Positions 60,425 through 64,000 of a DNA stretch of 64,000 bases are shown piece by piece. The DNA lies in NCBI GenBank assembly GCA_027050205.1, contig JALUCS010000118.1, forward strand, positions 12,992-76,991, read 5' to 3'. The notes below the pieces were generated by a model. That model saw nothing but the letters and a program-made list of their open reading frames with translations. It did not search any database and was not told where the DNA came from. How positions within the stretch are numbered: the first letter of the stretch is position 1; each line of letters begins with the position of its first letter. This DNA is from a candidate division WOR-3 bacterium (GTDB lineage: Bacteria > Hydrothermota > Hydrothermia > LBFQ01). Position numbers and translations under genes: made by a program.

Positions 60425-61452
60425 CGCACCCAGCTCCTGACGGCCTCAAGGAAGAGGTCGTTCTCCTCCGGTGTCCCTACGGTTACCCGCAGGTGGTTGG
60501 AGAGGCCCGGAAGGCCGGAGACGTCCCTTATCCTGACCCCCGAATCCGTCAGGAACTCGTAAAGTTCCCTGTGCCTCTCCGTCTTAAACATAACGAAGTT
60601 GGCGTAGGAGGGGAAGGGGTTGAGGGAAAGTTCGGCGAGGACCCTGCGGATCCTCTCCCTCTCGTAAATGACGGTATCTGCTCCCCTGTTTAGGTGGGGC
60701 TTTATTACGCCAAACTCGTTGAAGAGGACGAGGTGGGTATGGGTGAGGTTGTAGGGGGCGAAGAGCATATGCTCTACGGCGTTTATCACCTCCGGTGAGG
60801 AGAGGACGTAGCCCATCCGCATCCCCGCCAGCATAGATTTACTCAAAGACCGCCCCACCATCAGGTTGGGGTAGTCCCTCAACTCCTCCCACACGGAGAC
60901 CCTCGCAAAGGGATAGTACGCCTCATCAACGAAGACGAGGGCGCCCGTCTCCAAGGCGGCCCGCACTATAGCCGTGTCTATGAGGTTCCCCGTGGGGTTG
61001 TTGGGGGATACGAAGGTGATGAGGTGGAAGCCCTTACCGACGAAATGCTCCGGCGATGGGGTGTAGTCCTCACCAAGGACGACCACCTCCGCCTCCGTCC
61101 CGGTTGCTATGGCATAATGGCGGAACATCGGATAGGTCGGCTCAAACACCACGGCCCTCCTGCCGGGACCTCCCGCTATGAGGAAGGCGGAGAGTATGGT
61201 CTGGTCCCCCCCGAAGGTCAGGGCCACCCTCTCCGGCTCTACACCTATCTCCCCGGCGAACCTCTCCTTCACCTTAGAGTAGGTCAGGGGCTGGGGGTAC
61301 CTGTTCCACGCCGCCTCCTTCACCCTCTCCAACAGGTAGGTCTTTATGTCCTCCGGCAGGTCGTAGGGACTCTCGTTCTGATCCAGCTTCGCCCTGTAGG
61401 GCTTCTGACTGACCGTAAAAGACGTCTTGAACTCTATGTCCTCCCGCAGCAT
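60421..61452 (-). CDS. hisC: Histidinol-phosphate aminotransferase-family PLP enzyme
   Basis: KLDQNESP, NRYP, PNNPTG, DEAY, RSLSK, LRVTVG. Confidence 0.85.
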   Translation of the reverse strand: MLREDIEFKTSFTVSQKPYRAKLDQNESPYDLPEDIKTYLLERVKEAAWNRYPQPLTYSKVKERFAGEIGVEPERVALTFGGDQTILSAFLIAGGPGRRAVVFEPTYPMFRHYAIATGTEAEVVVLGEDYTPSPEHFVGKGFHLITFVSPNNPTGNLIDTAIVRAALETGALVFVDEAYYPFARVSVWEELRDYPNLMVGRSLSKSMLAGMRMGYVLSSPEVINAVEHMLFAPYNLTHTHLVLFNEFGVIKPHLNRGADTVIYERERIRRVLAELSLNPFPSYANFVMFKTERHRELYEFLTDSGVRIRDVSGLPGLSNHLRVTVGTPEENDLFLEAVRSWVR

Positions 61453-61455
61453 ACT

Positions 61456-62241
61456 CTACCTCGTCCAGGACCTCTCTATGCCGAACATTATCCGGAGGCT
61501 GAAGGCAACGCCTCCGAAGGTAAGGCCGAGGAGCATCCCTCGCTTGGCGGCGTTCTGGGGGACGTTTAAGATCCAGTCCGTTAAGCCGTATATGCTCCCG
61601 CCCACCGCCTTGAACACCAACGGGTAGAACACGACCAGCGCACCGATGAGGCTTATACCGGCGAGGGTCAGGCGTACCGTCTTTTCACCTCCGTAGAGCC
61701 TCCGGCTGCTCTTCCAGAGCCATGCGGCGACGAGGACGAGGAATATGGACAGGGCTATGGGGAATATGATGTGGGCGTACAGGATCCTACCTATCATAAC
61801 GACGGTGGCGAAGACGAGGAGGAGAAAGGAGTTGGTGTTGCGGGCGCGGAAGGCCCTGTAGGCGGCCGAGGCTATGTAGAAGGCCAGGATGGAGAACATC
61901 GTCGCGTCCAGGGGGAGATAGACGTTGCGGAAGAGCCACATGAAGGAGGCCCTGGGGTTGAAGGGGGAGCCTATCCGGATCCAGTCCAGTATCCCCCACG
62001 CCACGGTGATGAAGAAGGTTATCAGGAGGGTGGAGCTGTAGAGGACCCTCTCCCCCCTCTGGACCCTCCGGGCGTGGAAGAGAATTAGGCTGTCCATCCC
62101 GATGAGCATCGCGAAGCCGGAGATGACTATGGCTCCCATAAAGAGGTAGGTCTGAATTACCTCCGCCTGCGGCAGGAAGAAGAGCAGGACGCTCAGGATT
62201 GAGGTGACCATTACGGTGATAATCGGTCCCTGTCTTTGCAT
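61456..62241 (-). CDS. Uncharacterised multi-pass membrane protein (AAYRAFRARN type)
   Basis: ATMFSILAFYIASAAYRAFRARN, WILNVPQNAAKRG, LRIMFGIER. Confidence 0.85.
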   Translation of the reverse strand: MQRQGPIITVMVTSILSVLLFFLPQAEVIQTYLFMGAIVISGFAMLIGMDSLILFHARRVQRGERVLYSSTLLITFFITVAWGILDWIRIGSPFNPRASFMWLFRNVYLPLDATMFSILAFYIASAAYRAFRARNTNSFLLLVFATVVMIGRILYAHIIFPIALSIFLVLVAAWLWKSSRRLYGGEKTVRLTLAGISLIGALVVFYPLVFKAVGGSIYGLTDWILNVPQNAAKRGMLLGLTFGGVAFSLRIMFGIERSWTR

Positions 62242-62244
62242 ATC

Positions 62245-63417
62245 TCACCTCCCTATTGCTGCAAAGATGTTACTGTAGGCTTCGTACAACCCCTTGAACT
62301 CCGGGTTCATCTGGGCGAGGGTCGCCAGGATTATGCCTATCAGCATTATGGCCAGGCTTAGGGCCTTGAACCAGTCCCCGGCCTTAACACCGGCCACCTC
62401 AAGGGGGTTGCGGGATATGTAAGCTGAGGCCGCGTAAAGCTCGTCGGCTATGATGGTGTAATCGCAGGCGGCGATGAAGAAGGGCAGCTGGTCTATGGAG
62501 GTGGTACCGGCGACGGATATGGCGCCGCTCACGTACGCGTTCTCGGCTAGAATGAGGGACTCGGCGGCGAAGACCCCCATAAAGAAGACGGCCCCCGGCT
62601 TTATACGGTTCATCATCCCGCTCATACCGGAGGCGAAGCCAAACTGGGACGAGGTGAGGAAGAAGACGTCGTTCTCGTTGTAGAGGTCGGGCCTCCCCAT
62701 CTCGGTGTATGCCTCCTTAACGGCCTCGCGGGCGGCGGCGAGGACGAGAGGGTAGCTGTTTGGCATTAACACCTTCACCTCATACAAAGCCGCTCTCTTA
62801 GCCACCTGTTTTAGAACGGTCAGTCCAGCAAGGACCGGGAGGGAGTCTATATCCCCCAAGCCTGTGGTAAACATTATGGGTTTGCCCATCTCGGCCGACC
62901 TACCGACGGCGTCGTCTATGACGTCAAGGCCGGCTATACGGCGTATGAAGACGTTCGGGTCCTTCCTCGCCCGCTCAAGGAGGTAGAAGAAGATGACCAC
63001 AAACAGAATGATGGCGATGAGTATGTTAGTCTTCTTAGTGTCAAAGAAGGCGTTTATACCTCCCCTCTTCACCTCCGTTTTCTCCGCCTTCGGTGGAGGC
63101 GGAGGGGCCTCCTTCCTCTGTTTCGGCGAGACCTCCACGGTCTGGCCAACGCCTATCCAGTCGGTGTCGCTACTGTCGGAGCCGAAGAAGGTCCTTAGGA
63201 CGTACTCGGCCCGCCCTCCGAGGGTGTCGGTAAAGGCGGTATCGTTGGGACCGAGTACCCCCAGAAGCAGGGGAGTCTCCTTGGGATGGGAGGAGTCCGC
63301 CCGGAATATCTTTACCGAATCCACCTTTGCACCGGAGTAGGCCCACCTTACAACGTTGTTGCCGTTGAGGGTATCAACCGACACCCTCGCTATTCCGATG
63401 TAGGCGAGGAGGAACAT
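62245..63417 (-). CDS. DUF6754-like membrane protein with N-terminal FN3-like extracytoplasmic domain
   Basis: IRRIAGLDVIDDAVGRSAEMGKP, FAAESL, QLPFFIAACDY...ELYAASAY. Confidence 0.8.
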   Translation of the reverse strand: MFLLAYIGIARVSVDTLNGNNVVRWAYSGAKVDSVKIFRADSSHPKETPLLLGVLGPNDTAFTDTLGGRAEYVLRTFFGSDSSDTDWIGVGQTVEVSPKQRKEAPPPPPKAEKTEVKRGGINAFFDTKKTNILIAIILFVVIFFYLLERARKDPNVFIRRIAGLDVIDDAVGRSAEMGKPIMFTTGLGDIDSLPVLAGLTVLKQVAKRAALYEVKVLMPNSYPLVLAAAREAVKEAYTEMGRPDLYNENDVFFLTSSQFGFASGMSGMMNRIKPGAVFFMGVFAAESLILAENAYVSGAISVAGTTSIDQLPFFIAACDYTIIADELYAASAYISRNPLEVAGVKAGDWFKALSLAIMLIGIILATLAQMNPEFKGLYEAYSNIFAAIGR

Positions 63418-63476
63418 GGGAGGGTATTATACCGCAGAAGTTCCGCACGTCTCCCCGATTTCCACGGGTCGGTTCC

Positions 63477-64000
63477 TCATCCGCCGCTCGCCCTCGCCTC
63501 CTCAAGCATCTTCAGGAACTCCTCCTCCGTCAGGGTGGGGATCCCGTACCTCCGAGCCTTCTGGAGCTTGGAGCCGGGGTTCTTGCCCACGACGAGGTAG
63601 GTTATCTTCCGGGATACGCTGTTGGCGACGCTCCCACCCAACTCCTCAACCATCTTCTTGGCCTTGCTCCTCGGACAGCAGTCCAGTTCCCCTGTGAAGA
63701 CGAATATCTTGCCGGCGAGGGGGCCTTTCTCCTCCTCTTCGTAGAGGATCTCAACCCCGTACTCAAACATCTTCCGGATGGTTCGGCGGTTATGCTCGTC
63801 CTGGAAGTACTTGACTATGGCGTTAGCCGTCTCCGGTCCTATCCCCTTTATCCTCATCAGGTCCTCCTTGGTGGCCCTCATCAGGTCCTCAAGTCGGGGG
63901 AAGTGTTGGGCGAGGAGTTTGGCCGTCGCCTGTCCCACCGATGGGATTCCGAGGGCGTAGATGAAGCGGTGGTAAGGCACCTTCTTGGCCCTCTGTATGG
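63477..64000 (-). CDS. ligA: NAD-dependent DNA ligase, C-terminal HhH + BRCT part (runs off the window)
   Basis: ALGIPSVG, IKGIGP, FVFTGEL, SVSRKITYLVVGKNPGSKL. Confidence 0.95.
   Translation of the reverse strand, partial: IQRAKKVPYHRFIYALGIPSVGQATAKLLAQHFPRLEDLMRATKEDLMRIKGIGPETANAIVKYFQDEHNRRTIRKMFEYGVEILYEEEEKGPLAGKIFVFTGELDCCPRSKAKKMVEELGGSVANSVSRKITYLVVGKNPGSKLQKARRYGIPTLTEEEFLKMLEEARASGG

Overview
A gene-dense, GC-rich bacterial chromosome segment with about 65 CDS and one tRNA-Leu. The organism is probably a diderm thermophile: AGG/ATA codon preference, a PorX-like regulator and a T9SS-CTD-like tail suggest the WOR-3/FCB neighbourhood (inference only). Most genes are housekeeping, but the usual operons are broken up: panC, ispE, pstA, thiC, rsmA, gap, nuoM, gmk, rnpA, fhs, sucC, ribF and purL stand apart from their normal partners, and a six-gene spc fragment runs straight into mreBC. 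I saw no CRISPR array, integrase, transposase or rRNA. Main points of interest: (1) a ~270-bp non-coding array of TGTCTAA/TTAGACA boxes with an AT-rich core and trio-like repeats at 44.06-44.32 kb, a candidate replication origin with a non-canonical DnaA box; (2) TA(T/G/A)AAT boxes 6-12 nt before more than 20 start codons, often built from the upstream gene's stop codon, implying widespread leaderless mRNAs; (3) many apparently exported proteins with ultra-short, charge-free N-terminal leaders; (4) dispersed parts of an uncharacterised DUF6754-type membrane system; (5) a low-GC DpnII-family restriction-modification pair inside a housekeeping operon, in a genome that avoids TCGA rather than GATC; (6) four ORF-less AT-richer islands that share degenerate homologous blocks. 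All family assignments come from motif recognition by eye; no searches were run.
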